In this document: in pieces, positions 27,971-38,383 of the stretch
Position numbering within the stretch: position 1 is the first letter of the stretch
How the letters are laid out: the number at the start of each line of letters is the position of its first letter
Origin: Candidatus Peregrinibacteria bacterium
Lineage (GTDB): Bacteria > Patescibacteriota > Gracilibacteria > CAIRYL01 > GCA-016699755
Direction of reading: 5' to 3'
Assembly (NCBI GenBank): GCA_016699755.1
Contig: CP065009.1
Location: 298,098 to 362,097, forward strand
DNA length: 64,000 nucleotides
Notes under the pieces: model-generated
What the model was told of the DNA's origin: nothing
What the model saw: only the letters and a program-made list of their open reading frames with translations
Databases searched by the model: none
Translations under genes and position numbers: made by a program

Positions 27971-29242
27971 TTATTTTTTCTTTCTTACATGTTTTTTTTC
28001 TGAGAAAAGGCGTAAAGAGCGAATTTTATGTCCATCCATTTTTTCAATAACAGCATATATTTGTGGAGTAAGATGAATCGTTTCTCCGCGTTTTGGAAAT
28101 CGTCCGATATTCTCGAGAATTGCCTTTGCAATGCGATCTGCTTCTTCTCCGGGAACTTCTAATCCTGTTGCTTCTTGAATATCTTCTAAATAGGCATTTC
28201 CTGAAACAAGAAAACTTCCATCGGGAAGTTGTCGAATTTCTTCTTCTTTTTTGTCGGTTTCGTCTTCTATTTCTCCAAATACTTCTTCCAGAAGATCTTC
28301 GAGTGTCACGAGCCCCGCGGTTCCTCCGTGTTCGTCAATGACAATTGCCATGTGTGTTCTTCTCCACTTCATCTCTTTCATCACGTCTTCGAGGAGCATG
28401 CTGACAGGAACAGTGAGTGGCGGATTTTTAGGAAGGTCACAAATTTCTGTGTGTGTTGGAAAGCTCTGTTCGTATTTCAAAATGTTTTTCAGAGTTATAA
28501 TACTTGTAATGCGATCGATTGTTTCCGAAAAAACCGGAATACGACTATGAGTTTTTTCAAGAAAAAACCGAATTGCTTCTTCAAGCGTTGTATCATCTGA
28601 AAGAGCATCCATGTTTGGACGAGGTGTCATTACCTCTTCGGCAGTGGTTTCTCCAAATTCTAATACATTTTCAATGCGCTCTCGTTCATCTGCCTCAAGC
28701 GCGCCTTCTCGTTCTCCAATTTCCGCAAGTGCAAGGAGCTCTTCATCGGAAAAAATTTTTTCAGGGCTTTTGTTTTTACTGAGAGAATGAATGAGTTTTT
28801 CGAGTGGCCATATAAGTGGCAAGAAAATTTGTGAAAGCCAGTAGATGATGGGAGCAGTGAGGAGCGCAATGGGATCGGCGTGTTTTTGGGCAAATGATTT
28901 TGGAAGAACTTCACCAAAAAGAAGGAGGATAAGTGTTAAAATTCCGGTCATAAGACCAATAACAGTATTTCCAAAGAGTTGTGTAAAAAGAACAGTAGAG
29001 AGAACGGGAATAAGAATATTGACGAGGTTGTTTCCAATAAGAATGGTAATAAGAAGCCTATCTGGATGATTTTTAAGAAATTCAAGTGCATGCGCTCCTC
29101 GTTTTTTTTGCACCACAAAAGAACGTGCTCTTGCTTTTGAAACAGAGACGAGCGAGACCTCTGATCCAGAAAAGAATCCAGAAAAGAGGAGAAGGACAAA
29201 GAGAACAAGGAAAGAGAATAACGAAGGGTCTTCCGGATCCAT
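27971..29242 (-). CDS. CNNM/HlyC-CorC family transporter (DUF21-CBS pair-CorC_HlyC)
   Basis: Four N-terminal TMs, 'VMTPR' CBS start, 'HMAIVIDEHGGTAGLVTLEDLLEEVFGEI', C-terminal CorC domain. Confidence 0.85.
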   Translation of the reverse strand: MDPEDPSLFSFLVLFVLLLFSGFFSGSEVSLVSVSKARARSFVVQKKRGAHALEFLKNHPDRLLITILIGNNLVNILIPVLSTVLFTQLFGNTVIGLMTGILTLILLLFGEVLPKSFAQKHADPIALLTAPIIYWLSQIFLPLIWPLEKLIHSLSKNKSPEKIFSDEELLALAEIGEREGALEADERERIENVLEFGETTAEEVMTPRPNMDALSDDTTLEEAIRFFLEKTHSRIPVFSETIDRITSIITLKNILKYEQSFPTHTEICDLPKNPPLTVPVSMLLEDVMKEMKWRRTHMAIVIDEHGGTAGLVTLEDLLEEVFGEIEDETDKKEEEIRQLPDGSFLVSGNAYLEDIQEATGLEVPGEEADRIAKAILENIGRFPKRGETIHLTPQIYAVIEKMDGHKIRSLRLFSEKKHVRKKK

Positions 29243-29344
29243 AGTGGAGTTTTATCTGAGAAAATCCGTCCTATTATTCTTTCTTTTTTTTCGTTCGGCA
29301 AGTAGATTTTTTTCGAAAATTCTTTATGATAGCGAAAGAGGTAT

Positions 29345-30139
29345 ATGAATGCTGTTTTTTCTCCACAGTCGGCAACTATTCTTCGCACAGAGGAGCTCAA
29401 TAAGAGTACGCGACTCTTTGTGCTCGATATTTCTTTTGGCGCAAAGCCAGGACAGTTTGTAAATATTTGGATTCCAAACCTTGATGAAAAGCCGTTTTCT
29501 GTAGCAAGTGATGATGGCAAAACGATGAGTATTGTTGTTTCTGCGGTTGGACCTTTCTCAACTGCTTTTTTCGAAAAAAATTCAGGAGAAAAAGTGGGCA
29601 TTCGTGGTCCTTTTGGAAATACATTTTCCGTTCAAAAGAACAAAAAAATTGTTCTTGTCGGAGGTGGCTTTGGAACTGCACCTCTCCATTTTTTAGGAAC
29701 AAAATCACAAGCAGAAGAATGTAAAATTACTGCTATTATTGGTGCTCGTACAAAAGACCTTCTTCTTTTTACTGATTGGTGCGAGAAGTCTGGTTTTCGC
29801 ACACTTTGCACGACAAATGATGGTTCTGCCGGAACAGAAGGATTGGTAACCAATGTTTTGGAAAAGCTTCTTGAGACGGAAAAAATTGATCTTGTTCAGT
29901 CGTGTGGACCAGAAAAGATGATGGAGGCAGTGGCAAAACTCTGCCAGTCAAAAGGTGTTCCTTCGGAGCTTTCCCTCGAACGCTACATGAAATGCGGATT
30001 TGGACTCTGCGGACAGTGTTCGTGCGATGGGACCCTTGTCTGCCGAGAGGGGACTGTTTTTTCTGGCGAAAAGGCACTCTCTTTACAAGATTTTGGAAAA
30101 TTTCACCGCGATGCAGAAGGACGAAAGAGGTATTGGTAA
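29345..30139 (+). CDS. PyrK-like FAD/NAD(P)-binding oxidoreductase with C-terminal 2Fe-2S motif
   Basis: 'GQFVNIW...KPFSV', 'VLVGGGFGTAPL', 'CGFGLCGQCSCDGTLVC'. No pyrD partner in the window. Confidence 0.7.
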   Translation: MNAVFSPQSATILRTEELNKSTRLFVLDISFGAKPGQFVNIWIPNLDEKPFSVASDDGKTMSIVVSAVGPFSTAFFEKNSGEKVGIRGPFGNTFSVQKNKKIVLVGGGFGTAPLHFLGTKSQAEECKITAIIGARTKDLLLFTDWCEKSGFRTLCTTNDGSAGTEGLVTNVLEKLLETEKIDLVQSCGPEKMMEAVAKLCQSKGVPSELSLERYMKCGFGLCGQCSCDGTLVCREGTVFSGEKALSLQDFGKFHRDAEGRKRYW

Positions 30140-30145
30140 GCGTGC

Positions 30146-30517
30146 TTAGATCATGGAATGAATTCCAATATGATTTCCTTCGGTATCCATAACAATGCTT
30201 ATAAAGCCATGTTCATCAATATTTTTTCTTGGGAGAATCACTTGTCCACCATGTTTTACTACCAATTCTTCGTCGCTGTTTAAATTTCCGCTTGGTGAAG
30301 TGAAGTAGATGGGTACACCAAGAAGGTTTCGTATTCTCATGTTTTACAAGCGAACCTGTGGAGCCGTAATCCTTGTTTTCCATAGGGAACCATGCAATAT
30401 CTCAATGACTCACTTTGTGCCGTTCGAGTGTTTTTCCGAAAACACCTTCATAAAAACTAACGGCGGGTTTCATACTGATTACCGGAATTTCGAACCATCC
30501 AACGACATTATTTTGCA
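30146..30517 (-). pseudogene. VOC/glyoxalase-family gene disrupted by an in-frame TGA and a frameshift
   Basis: From ATG 30517: 'MQNNVVGWFEIPVISMKPAVSFYEGVFGKTLERHKVSH', then TGA, then the same frame continues 'DIAWFPMENKDYGSTGSLVKHENTKPSW'. The conserved C-terminus 'GVPIYFTSPSG...DTEGNHIGIHS' is in another frame (ORF 30146-30340). Confidence 0.55.
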
Positions 30518-30703
30518 TAAAAATAGGGATAATATACTCCCAACGTATACTTGCGATTTGGAAAAAACAGTTGTTTTTTTTGGCATCTTTTTCTTCAAAA
30601 AATTGATGTGGAGTTTTTCTTATAAAAAAGACGAATTCTCAAAAAATGTTCTTGAAAAAATCTTTAATAAGTGATATTATTTCATGATATAAAAACAAAT
30701 CAA

Positions 30704-31927
30704 ATGCCACTCCTCATGCTTGGTTGGGAATTTCCACCGCTTCATTCTGGAGGACTCGGGGTTGCCACCCGGAATATCGCCCTCTCTCTTTCACGTCGCG
30801 GTGTTCCCGTATGCTTTGCTCTTCCTCATTTTGTTCATTCTCAATGGAGAAAAAAGGGAGGAATAGAGCACGAGTTTGAGGTCGCTTCTCAAAATATGAA
30901 TATTGAGATTGCGCGTATTTCTTCTTCCATTGTTACTCCGTATGCCACAGTAGAAGGATATTCTGAATGGGTTCGAGAAATGGGACCCACAGAATCGATG
31001 CTCTACGGAAAAAATCTCTTTGCAGAAATTGATCGCTTTTCAGAAGAAGTCGCAAGGATGGCAGAGAAACGCTCGTTTAATCTTGTCCATGCGCATGACT
31101 GGATCACTTTTCCTAGTGCAATACGGGTGAAAGAAAAACAGGGAACTCCGTTTGTGGCGCATGTTCATGCTACAGAACTCGATCGAACAGGATGGAATCC
31201 AAATGAAGAAATTTATCGTCGAGAGCGTGCTGGCATGGAGCGAGCTGATCGCATTCTTGCAGTGAGTCGCCACACAAAAAATGTCATTCAAAAAGACTAT
31301 GGCATTCCCGAGCATAAAATTGGTGTGGTTCATAACGGTGCCGAATCGGTACATCATCGTCTTGAGTATGTTTCTCCTCGGTTTCGTCACCAAAAAACCA
31401 TTCTCTTTCTTGGGCGTCTAACAGTACAAAAGGGTCCCGATTGGCTCATAAAAATTGCAAAAAAAGTGCTCGAAAAAGATCAAAATGTACAATTTCTCAT
31501 TGCCGGAACGGGGCACATGCTTCCACAGCTTCTTCACGAAATTACAACTTCTGGACTTTCTCAGCACGTTATTCCACTAGGGTTTCTCAATGATTCTGAA
31601 CGAGAAAAAGCATTTAAAAATACCGATCTCTACATTATGCCGTCGGTTTCTGAGCCCTTTGGGCTTTCGGCAATTGAGGCGGCTCAACGCGGAATTCCTG
31701 TTATTATGAGTAAGCAATCTGGAGCAAAAGAAGTACTTTCGAACTCTCTTCTTGCAGATTTTTGGGATGTAGACAAAATGGCGCACCTTGTTCTTGCGGC
31801 GCTCCATTATCATCCGCTTCACCAAACTCTTTCAGAAAAAGCGCATGGAGAAATCAAACACTTGACGTGGGACAGGCAAGCAGAGAAAATTTGTCATGAA
31901 TACAAAGCGCTGACTTCCGCGTTCTGA
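30704..31927 (+). CDS. glycosyltransferase, glycogen/alpha-glucan synthase-like (GT4/GT5 fold)
   Basis: 'LMLGWEFPPLHSGGLGVA' N-terminus, 'HAHDW', 'PSVSEPFGLSAIEAAQRGIPVI' EX7E-type block. Confidence 0.7.
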   Translation: MPLLMLGWEFPPLHSGGLGVATRNIALSLSRRGVPVCFALPHFVHSQWRKKGGIEHEFEVASQNMNIEIARISSSIVTPYATVEGYSEWVREMGPTESMLYGKNLFAEIDRFSEEVARMAEKRSFNLVHAHDWITFPSAIRVKEKQGTPFVAHVHATELDRTGWNPNEEIYRRERAGMERADRILAVSRHTKNVIQKDYGIPEHKIGVVHNGAESVHHRLEYVSPRFRHQKTILFLGRLTVQKGPDWLIKIAKKVLEKDQNVQFLIAGTGHMLPQLLHEITTSGLSQHVIPLGFLNDSEREKAFKNTDLYIMPSVSEPFGLSAIEAAQRGIPVIMSKQSGAKEVLSNSLLADFWDVDKMAHLVLAALHYHPLHQTLSEKAHGEIKHLTWDRQAEKICHEYKALTSAF

Positions 31928-31955
31928 TTTCTTCTTTCCCTTCTCCCTTTCTCCC

Positions 31956-33266
31956 ATGTCAAAAGAGACTCCGCACAAGGCGGTCTGCCTCTATTTTCAG
32001 GTCCACCAACCCTTTCGTTTGCGAGAGGTTTCATTTTTCGAAGATCATCCGCAGGATATTTTCCGTGGACCAGATGAATATAAAAACGAGGATATTTTTA
32101 ACAAGGTTGCCGATAAGTGCTATCTTCCGGCGACAAAACTTTTTCTCCATCTCGCAGAAACACGTCCTGAATTTCGTGTCTCTTTTTCACTCTCGGGGGT
32201 ATTTCTTGAGCAGTGCGACCTTTTTCCCGCAAAAGGAAAAGAGATTTTACGCCTCTTTCAACAGCTCGCGAAAACGGGGAAATGTGAATTTCTTTCGGAA
32301 ACTTACGCCCATTCTCTTTCTTTTCTCTACTCCAAAGAGGAGTACGCAGAACAAATTCTTCTCCACCGAAAGGCAGTGGAAGAGCGTTTTGGCGTAAAAC
32401 CAACTGTTTTCCGAAATACAGAACTTATCTATCGCAATGATATTGGCGAATTTATCCGACAAATGGGATTTTCGGGAATGATTGTTGAAGGTTGGGATCA
32501 CTACCTGCATGGCTCTAATCCACACGATGTTCGTGTAGCAACGCCTATGGAAATCCACAAGGAAGACGAAAGAATCGCTCAGAAGTACGCTATTTCCAAA
32601 AAATTACAGAAAACACTTCCACTTCTTTTGAAGAGCTATCAGTTTTCTGATGATGTTGCGTTCCGTTTTGGAAATAAGACATGGGAAGAGTGGCCACTCA
32701 CCACCGGAAAATATGCCGGTTGGCTTGATGCGGTATATGGCGAAACCATTAATCTCTTTATGGATTACGAAACCATTGGGGAGCACCAGTGGGAAGACAC
32801 GGGAATTTTCTCGTTTTTTGAGCATCTTCCGCATGAACTTGCGGCACGTGGTATCGGATTTCGAACACCATCCGAAACGATAGCGCAGTGTGATCATCGT
32901 GCGGAGTACAATGTTCCACACTTTCTTTCGTGGGCAGATACAGAACGAGATCTCTCTGCATGGGTTGAGAATGGCATTCAGCATTCTGCACTCGAGGAAC
33001 TTGGACGACTTGAACAGCTTGTTCATGATCTGAAGACCTCAAAAAAACCAGAAGTTTTAGAACTTCTCGACGCTTTTCGAAAAATCCAAACCTCCGATCA
33101 TCTCTACTATATGTGTACGAAATATTGGAGTGATGGTGATGTTCACAAGTACTTTTCTCCCTACGAATCACCGTATGAGGCATACATCACCTTTATGAAT
33201 GCTATGCGTTCGCTTCATTCTCGTGCGAAACATCTTCGAGAGGCAGAAGGTTTTTCTCCGCTCTAA
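31956..33266 (+). CDS. glycoside hydrolase family 57 (alpha-amylase/branching-type)
   Basis: 'LYFQVHQPFRLR' N-terminal signature and 'LFMDYETIGEH' catalytic-region pattern of GH57. Confidence 0.75.
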   Translation: MSKETPHKAVCLYFQVHQPFRLREVSFFEDHPQDIFRGPDEYKNEDIFNKVADKCYLPATKLFLHLAETRPEFRVSFSLSGVFLEQCDLFPAKGKEILRLFQQLAKTGKCEFLSETYAHSLSFLYSKEEYAEQILLHRKAVEERFGVKPTVFRNTELIYRNDIGEFIRQMGFSGMIVEGWDHYLHGSNPHDVRVATPMEIHKEDERIAQKYAISKKLQKTLPLLLKSYQFSDDVAFRFGNKTWEEWPLTTGKYAGWLDAVYGETINLFMDYETIGEHQWEDTGIFSFFEHLPHELAARGIGFRTPSETIAQCDHRAEYNVPHFLSWADTERDLSAWVENGIQHSALEELGRLEQLVHDLKTSKKPEVLELLDAFRKIQTSDHLYYMCTKYWSDGDVHKYFSPYESPYEAYITFMNAMRSLHSRAKHLREAEGFSPL

Positions 33267-33278
33267 TATCCACCTCTT

Positions 33279-35315
33279 ATGCCACGATCTCTTGTTCTTG
33301 GAAACGGAAATGTTCTCGTTACCTTTGACAATCATCTTCAGCTTCGAGACATGTACTATCCTTTTGTTGGACAAGAAGATCATACTGGATACGACAATGT
33401 TCACAGAGTTGGATTTTGGGTAAATGGTCAATTTCTCTGGCTTGATGATCCTTCGTGGCGTATTACTATCGATTATGAAGAAGGAACTTTGGTTGGAAAT
33501 GGATATGCAGAAAATTATCGTCTTGGAATTGCTGTTACCTTTCACGATTTTGTTTCGCTGACGGAAGACATTTTTTTTCGGTCGCTCGAAATTACGAATC
33601 TTTCGGGAGAAGAAAAAGAGGTGCGTGTTTTTTTTCATCACGATTTTCATATTTATGGAGAAAAGAGCAAAGACACAGCACTGTATGAGCCAGATTTAAA
33701 CTCCATTTTGCATTATCGGGGTCGGCGATATTTTCTTGTTGGCGGACAATGGGGGAGTGGTGAACAATCAAATCAGTATACTATGGGAGAAAAGGCGCTC
33801 CTTTTTGGTCACGAAGGAGAGGGAATGGGAATGGATGAATATACGGTAGGGAAGAGTAAATATCACGAAAAAGAGGGAACATTTCGCGATGCGGAAGACG
33901 GCACACTTCAGAAGAATCCTATCGATCAGGGGTCGGTCGATTCTACAGTTCGATTTTCGATACACATTTCTCCTGGAAAAACGAAACAGCTTTTTCTGTG
34001 GATTGCTTTTGGAAAAACCTACCAATCGGTTCTTAAGAAAAATGAGCATATTCGTGAGGTTGGTGCTGAGCGCATTCGGAACCATGTTCGCGGGTATTGG
34101 CGCGAATGGCTTGCGACGTTTTCTGGAGATATCTCTTCTCTTCCGAGTTCTGTTCAGCATCTCTTTCAAAAAAGTCTCCTTATTCTTCGGACACAAATTG
34201 ATAATCGAGGAGCCATTTTAGCGGCGAATGATTCTGATGTTATGGCGACAAATCGTGATAATTACAGCTATATGTGGCCACGCGATGCGTCACTTTGCGC
34301 TATGACACTTGCAAAAGTTGGCTTTGAAGAGCCGTGTCGGAATTTTTTTCAGTTTTGTGAAGAGATTATCACTCCCGAAGGATATTTTCTCCACAAGTAC
34401 AATCCCGATGGTTCCCTTGGTTCTTCGTGGCATCCAAAAATAGTAAACGGTGAAAAAAGACTCCCAATTCAAGAAGACGAGTCTGCTCTTGTACTTGTGG
34501 CACTTGATCAGTATTTTTCCTCTTTTCATTCGCTTGAAGTAATTCAGCGATTTTTTCCAACGCTCATTCTCCCCCTTGGAAATTGGCTACAGAGTTATGT
34601 TGATCCCAGTTTTTCTCTTCCGCTTCCATCATACGATTTATGGGAACAGAGTTGGGCAACATCAAGTTATACCGCTTCGTGTGTGTACGCTGGGCTTCTC
34701 GCCGCCGCGCGTCTTTCGGAAGCGACAGGGCATCAGCAGAGTGCAGATTCTTTTCGGGAATCGGCGACGTGTTTACAAACATCTATAGCGAATCACCTTT
34801 TTTCTTCTGAACAGAATCGTTTTCTTCGAAGTATCGAAATTCGAGATGGCGTTATTACCAAAAAAGATGATGGCATCGATTCCTCACTTGTGTTTCTTTG
34901 GAAAATGGGGGTTTTTGCGCCGGATGATCCGCGGATTCAAAGCACAATGAAGGTGATACACGAAACGCTTACCATTCCGGGAAACATTGGTGGACTTGCA
35001 CGATTCGCACGCGATCCGTATCAGTTCGATCACCAGCTTTCTTATGAACGATACACAGGAAATCCTTGGATTATTACTACTCTTTGGGAAGCGGAATATC
35101 GTATTAAAATGGCAAAAACAAAAGACGATCTTGCCGAAGCAGAAAAAACGCTTTTGTGGGCAACCGAGCGAGCGAGTAGCGCAGGAATGCTTCCCGAGCA
35201 AGTGCATCCCGAAACTGGAGAACACCTCTTTGTTTCTCCGCTCACATGGAGTCATGCTACTTTTATTGATACCGTGCTGGCATTTGCAGAGAAGGCAAAA
35301 AAACTGAAGAAATAG
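33279..35315 (+). CDS. glycoside hydrolase family 15 (glucoamylase/glucodextranase-like)
   Basis: 'YSYMWPRDAS', 'LPEQVHP', 'PLTWSHATFI' blocks typical of the GH15 (alpha/alpha)6 domain. N-terminal beta-sandwich. Confidence 0.85.
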   Translation: MPRSLVLGNGNVLVTFDNHLQLRDMYYPFVGQEDHTGYDNVHRVGFWVNGQFLWLDDPSWRITIDYEEGTLVGNGYAENYRLGIAVTFHDFVSLTEDIFFRSLEITNLSGEEKEVRVFFHHDFHIYGEKSKDTALYEPDLNSILHYRGRRYFLVGGQWGSGEQSNQYTMGEKALLFGHEGEGMGMDEYTVGKSKYHEKEGTFRDAEDGTLQKNPIDQGSVDSTVRFSIHISPGKTKQLFLWIAFGKTYQSVLKKNEHIREVGAERIRNHVRGYWREWLATFSGDISSLPSSVQHLFQKSLLILRTQIDNRGAILAANDSDVMATNRDNYSYMWPRDASLCAMTLAKVGFEEPCRNFFQFCEEIITPEGYFLHKYNPDGSLGSSWHPKIVNGEKRLPIQEDESALVLVALDQYFSSFHSLEVIQRFFPTLILPLGNWLQSYVDPSFSLPLPSYDLWEQSWATSSYTASCVYAGLLAAARLSEATGHQQSADSFRESATCLQTSIANHLFSSEQNRFLRSIEIRDGVITKKDDGIDSSLVFLWKMGVFAPDDPRIQSTMKVIHETLTIPGNIGGLARFARDPYQFDHQLSYERYTGNPWIITTLWEAEYRIKMAKTKDDLAEAEKTLLWATERASSAGMLPEQVHPETGEHLFVSPLTWSHATFIDTVLAFAEKAKKLKK

Positions 35316-35595
35316 TATTTAAGAGTGATTTATATCTCGTAAAAGGAGGATGACATTCTTTTTTTGTGTTTCTTTATCACAATAGTTCTTTTTGTCTATA
35401 AATCAAAAATTTTTGTCAGAAAGAAGAAATCATGAGAAAATAGGGGTGCGGTTTTTTTACCTATTTTTCTCCGAACCTGAATTTTCTGTTGTGTCTCGAC
35501 TAGATTAGGGGAGATAAGGTCTCTAAAGTCTAGTTATGAACTTTTTTAATAACTATAGCTCTTGCCCAGAATAGAAATTTCTCTATCTTGGAAGT

Positions 35596-36241
35596 ATGTT
35601 CTACAAAGCTAAATTATCGGAATATAAGATCAAAAAAATATTGAAGTGTTTTTGCGAAGATATAAATGCCATAACTTCCACTCGTCTCTTGGGATTAAAC
35701 AGAAAAACTATTGATCATTATTACAATCTTTTTCGAGAAAGAATGACTCAGAATTCACTGGAACAAAGTGGTGATTTTGGAGAGTTTGAACTCGATGAGA
35801 GTTATTGTGGAGCAAAAAGAGTTCGAGGCAAAAGAGGGAGAGGAGCAGTAGAAAAAACACCAGTATTTGGACTCCTCAAACGAAATGGAAAGGTCTATGT
35901 CACCATAGTAAAAAAATGTAGCAGAGAGGAATTACTGCCCATAACATAGGGAAAGATATTCGAAGGCTCCACTATCCATACCGACGGATGGAGAGTGTAT
36001 GATGGACTTCTTTTGAATAGGCATAATCATTACTGTCCGTGTCCATCATTCACATGATGAATTTGCCAGAGGAAAATGTCATGTAAATGGAATAGAATCC
36101 TTCTGGTCATTTGCCAAGAGAAAGCTTTCTAAATTCAACGGTATTGCTTCTCATAAGTTTAATCTTCATCTGAAAGAATGTGAATTCCGTTGGAACCATA
36201 GAAATGAAAATATCTATGCTTATACTATTAAAAATCCTTAA
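35596..36241 (+). pseudogene. IS1595-family DDE transposase, interrupted
   Basis: 'ELDESYCGAKRVRGKRGRGA..KTPVFGLLKRNGKVY' up to TAG 35947-35949, then 'IHTDGWRVYDGL'. After a frameshift it continues 'VRVHHSHDEFARGKCHVNGIESFWSFAKRKLSKFNGI...LKECEFRWNHR'. Confidence 0.7.
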
Positions 36242-36271
36242 ATATCTATGCTATACTATTAAAAATCCTTA
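36209..36271 (+). repeat. tandem duplication (32 + 31 nt) at the 3' end of the IS1595 transposase
   Basis: 'aatatctatgcttatactattaaaaatcctta' is followed immediately by the same string lacking one t. Confidence 0.8.
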
Positions 36272-36320
36272 AGAATTCTTAAGTCTTCTGGGCAAGGGCC
36301 TTATTTTTAATACAAACATT

Positions 36321-37250
36321 ATGAGTATTGAAGATCCAGCAACACAACAAGAACATGTTGAAAAAATTGTTCAAGAAGGATCAAGCGAATTAGCAAGTAA
36401 TTTAGCAGAGCCTAAAGAAAAAATTGAAAAAGTGGAAGAAGTTATGGCTGACTTGCAAGTAATCATGAATATTGAAGACCCCGAAATACAAAAACAGGCA
36501 ATGCAAGTATTTGTCGAAAAAAGATTGAAAGAATTAGAAAAAGAAGTTCAAGAAAAACAAAACACATTATCACTTGTTGGGAATAGGGCCGAAAGTCAAT
36601 TTATTAACCCTGAAACGGAGATTAAAAGAAGTTGGATAGTTGATGGTTTTAAAGTCAATGATCCAGAAATTTATTCTATTTTATTGGATAATTTTAGGAA
36701 ATTTTATAAACATTGGAATAAACCAAATCTAAGATCAATAATAGGATATTCCGTTATTTATGCTCTAGGTGAATACTTTGGAAATCATTTTGGGACACAA
36801 AACACAGACACAAGAAATCGTGAATTTTACTCAGACCACACTACTGCCGATTCTGAAACCATAAATCTATCAGAATTAAAAGGAAAAAATTTAGCAGTTT
36901 GTGCTGAAAAAGCTACGGTAGCACATAATTATTTGAAATTTTTAGGAATAGATTCACATGTTGTTTTTTCAAATAGTTGTAAATTAGGAGATTCTACAGA
37001 TGGTCATGCCTATCTTATATTTCCAACAAAAAATGGTAGATTTATATTTGATCCAACCAATCCAATTTTAGTAGAAGACAATGAAGGTAAGATGAATTCT
37101 ATTAATCCAGCTTTATATAAAATATCGGAAGAAGATTATAATCATTTATTAAACAGAGATAATCATCAAGTCGTAGTTCAACACATAGATCAGAAATTAG
37201 ATAATGGAAAATACACTCCTCAAGAACCTCAAAATAGAACATATGGATAA
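36321..37250 (+). CDS. hypothetical protein with transglutaminase-like Cys-His-Asp core
   Basis: 'AVCAEKATVAHNYLKFLGIDSHVVFS...DGHAYLIFPTKNGRFIFDPTN' fits the C...H...D papain/transglutaminase-like arrangement. A-rich codon usage unlike the backbone genes. Confidence 0.45.
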   Translation: MSIEDPATQQEHVEKIVQEGSSELASNLAEPKEKIEKVEEVMADLQVIMNIEDPEIQKQAMQVFVEKRLKELEKEVQEKQNTLSLVGNRAESQFINPETEIKRSWIVDGFKVNDPEIYSILLDNFRKFYKHWNKPNLRSIIGYSVIYALGEYFGNHFGTQNTDTRNREFYSDHTTADSETINLSELKGKNLAVCAEKATVAHNYLKFLGIDSHVVFSNSCKLGDSTDGHAYLIFPTKNGRFIFDPTNPILVEDNEGKMNSINPALYKISEEDYNHLLNRDNHQVVVQHIDQKLDNGKYTPQEPQNRTYG

Positions 37251-37394
37251 TAGATGTTTTGGGCTACGAGCATTCACTCCTTTGGTGCCCCTCTGTCCTT
37301 CGCCCAAAACGAAAATTTTTCACTCGAACAAATGATAAAAGAGACTTAGAAATACACTAAAGCTACATTGCATTATCGCTTCGTTCGGGTCGCC

Positions 37395-38215
37395 TAACAC
37401 AGTATATCTGGCTCGCTCGTGCCCTCGCTCGACCCATATTTTCCAAAAACTGATAGACTTTTACAGGAGTTTCGTAGTCGAGAGATTGATGAGGCCGTTC
37501 ATTATTGTAGAAATAAAAGTGTTCCTTGAGACACTGTTGTGTGTCCAGTGGAGATTCATATTGTTTGAGATAAATATCTTCATATTTTACTGATATCCAG
37601 AGTCTTCAGTAAAGATATTATCGAGACATCTTCCTTTTCCGTCTATAGAGATCTGGATATTTTTCTTCTCAAGTTTTTCCGTAAATTCTGGACTAGTGAA
37701 TTGAAATCCTTGATCTGTATTAAAAATCTCTGGTGTGTTTATTCGAAGAGGTTCTTCAAGAACTTCTATTTCATAAGACGAATATCTTCTGTATTGATGA
37801 TCGGGGTGTAGTACACTGATCCTTGCGTAATACCAAGGAATTCACACTATCTTTTGATGCTTAAATTCTTTTGATGATTTTCAAGGAGCAGTTTCTTTTT
37901 ATGAGGAGGAAGGGAATCCAACTTTTTTTGAGCCAGTCCACTTCTGCTTTGGACTGACCTACTTGTTTATAGAGTTCTTCTATGACTTCATCCTTTTCTT
38001 TCTTTCTCAGAGAAGAGTTCGGAAGCTTTCTTTAGGAATTCTGCTTTCTATTTTGATATCTGTATGAGGTGGAATTCATATTTTGTTGCCAATTCTGACA
38101 TGGTGCTTACTTTTGAGAGTGCTTCGATTATTATTTGAGCCTTAAATTTTGCGCTGAATTGCCCTCGTTTTTTTGGTTAGAGAAAAGTTTGGTTTCTAAC
38201 CTTAACATGGTATTC
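37395..38215 (-). mobile_element. heavily decayed IS3-family element (OrfA/OrfB remnants)
   Basis: The minus strand reads 'RGQFSAKFKAQIIIEALSKVSTMSELATKYEFHLIQISK*KAEFL' (OrfA HTH with an in-frame TAG). It also reads 'TDQGFQFTSPEFTEKLEKKNIQISIDGKGRCLDNIFTE' and 'FYNNERPHQSLDYETPVKVY' (rve integrase core). Multiple stops and frameshifts; only about 0.8 kb remains. Confidence 0.65.
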
Positions 38216-38325
38216 AATTTCTGGGGACCATTATAATCTCTCGGCTACGATAATAGTACAGTCCTTCCGCTTTGCGAAGGATGCTGTATCACTGAGAAAC
38301 AGTTTGCTTCTTTGTCATCCTCATT

Positions 38326-38383
38326 TGTCATCCTGAACTTGATTCAGAATTTCAAGAGATTCCGTGTCAAGCACGGAATGACA
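38326..38383. repeat. compound palindromic (REP/MITE-like) element
   Basis: TGTCAT-CCTGAA-cttga-TTCAG...ATTCCGTG-tcaag-CACGGAAT-GACA: two adjacent hairpins enclosed by TGTCAT/ATGACA. 'tgtcatcc' is also duplicated at 38312. Confidence 0.45.

Larger units (their letters stand above)
35557..36300 (+). mobile_element. decayed IS1595-family (IS1016-size) insertion sequence
   Basis: 11-bp perfect terminal inverted repeat CTTGCCCAGAA at 35561-35571, with its reverse complement at 36286-36296, around a broken ISXO2-like transposase. About 0.74 kb. Confidence 0.7.

Noticed and set aside
30401-30403. UGA recoding (genetic code 25/4) suggested by the in-frame TGA in the VOC gene
   Set aside because: TGA terminates well-supported genes here (for example 904-906 with an ATGA overlap, and murB copy 1 at 43751-43753). 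Long housekeeping ORFs are intact under the standard code, and the same VOC gene also has a frameshift.
30309-30674. 121-aa plus-strand ORF
   Set aside because: It is antisense to the recognisable VOC-family pseudogene and extends into the AT-rich promoter region of the glycosyltransferase gene. It has no motif.
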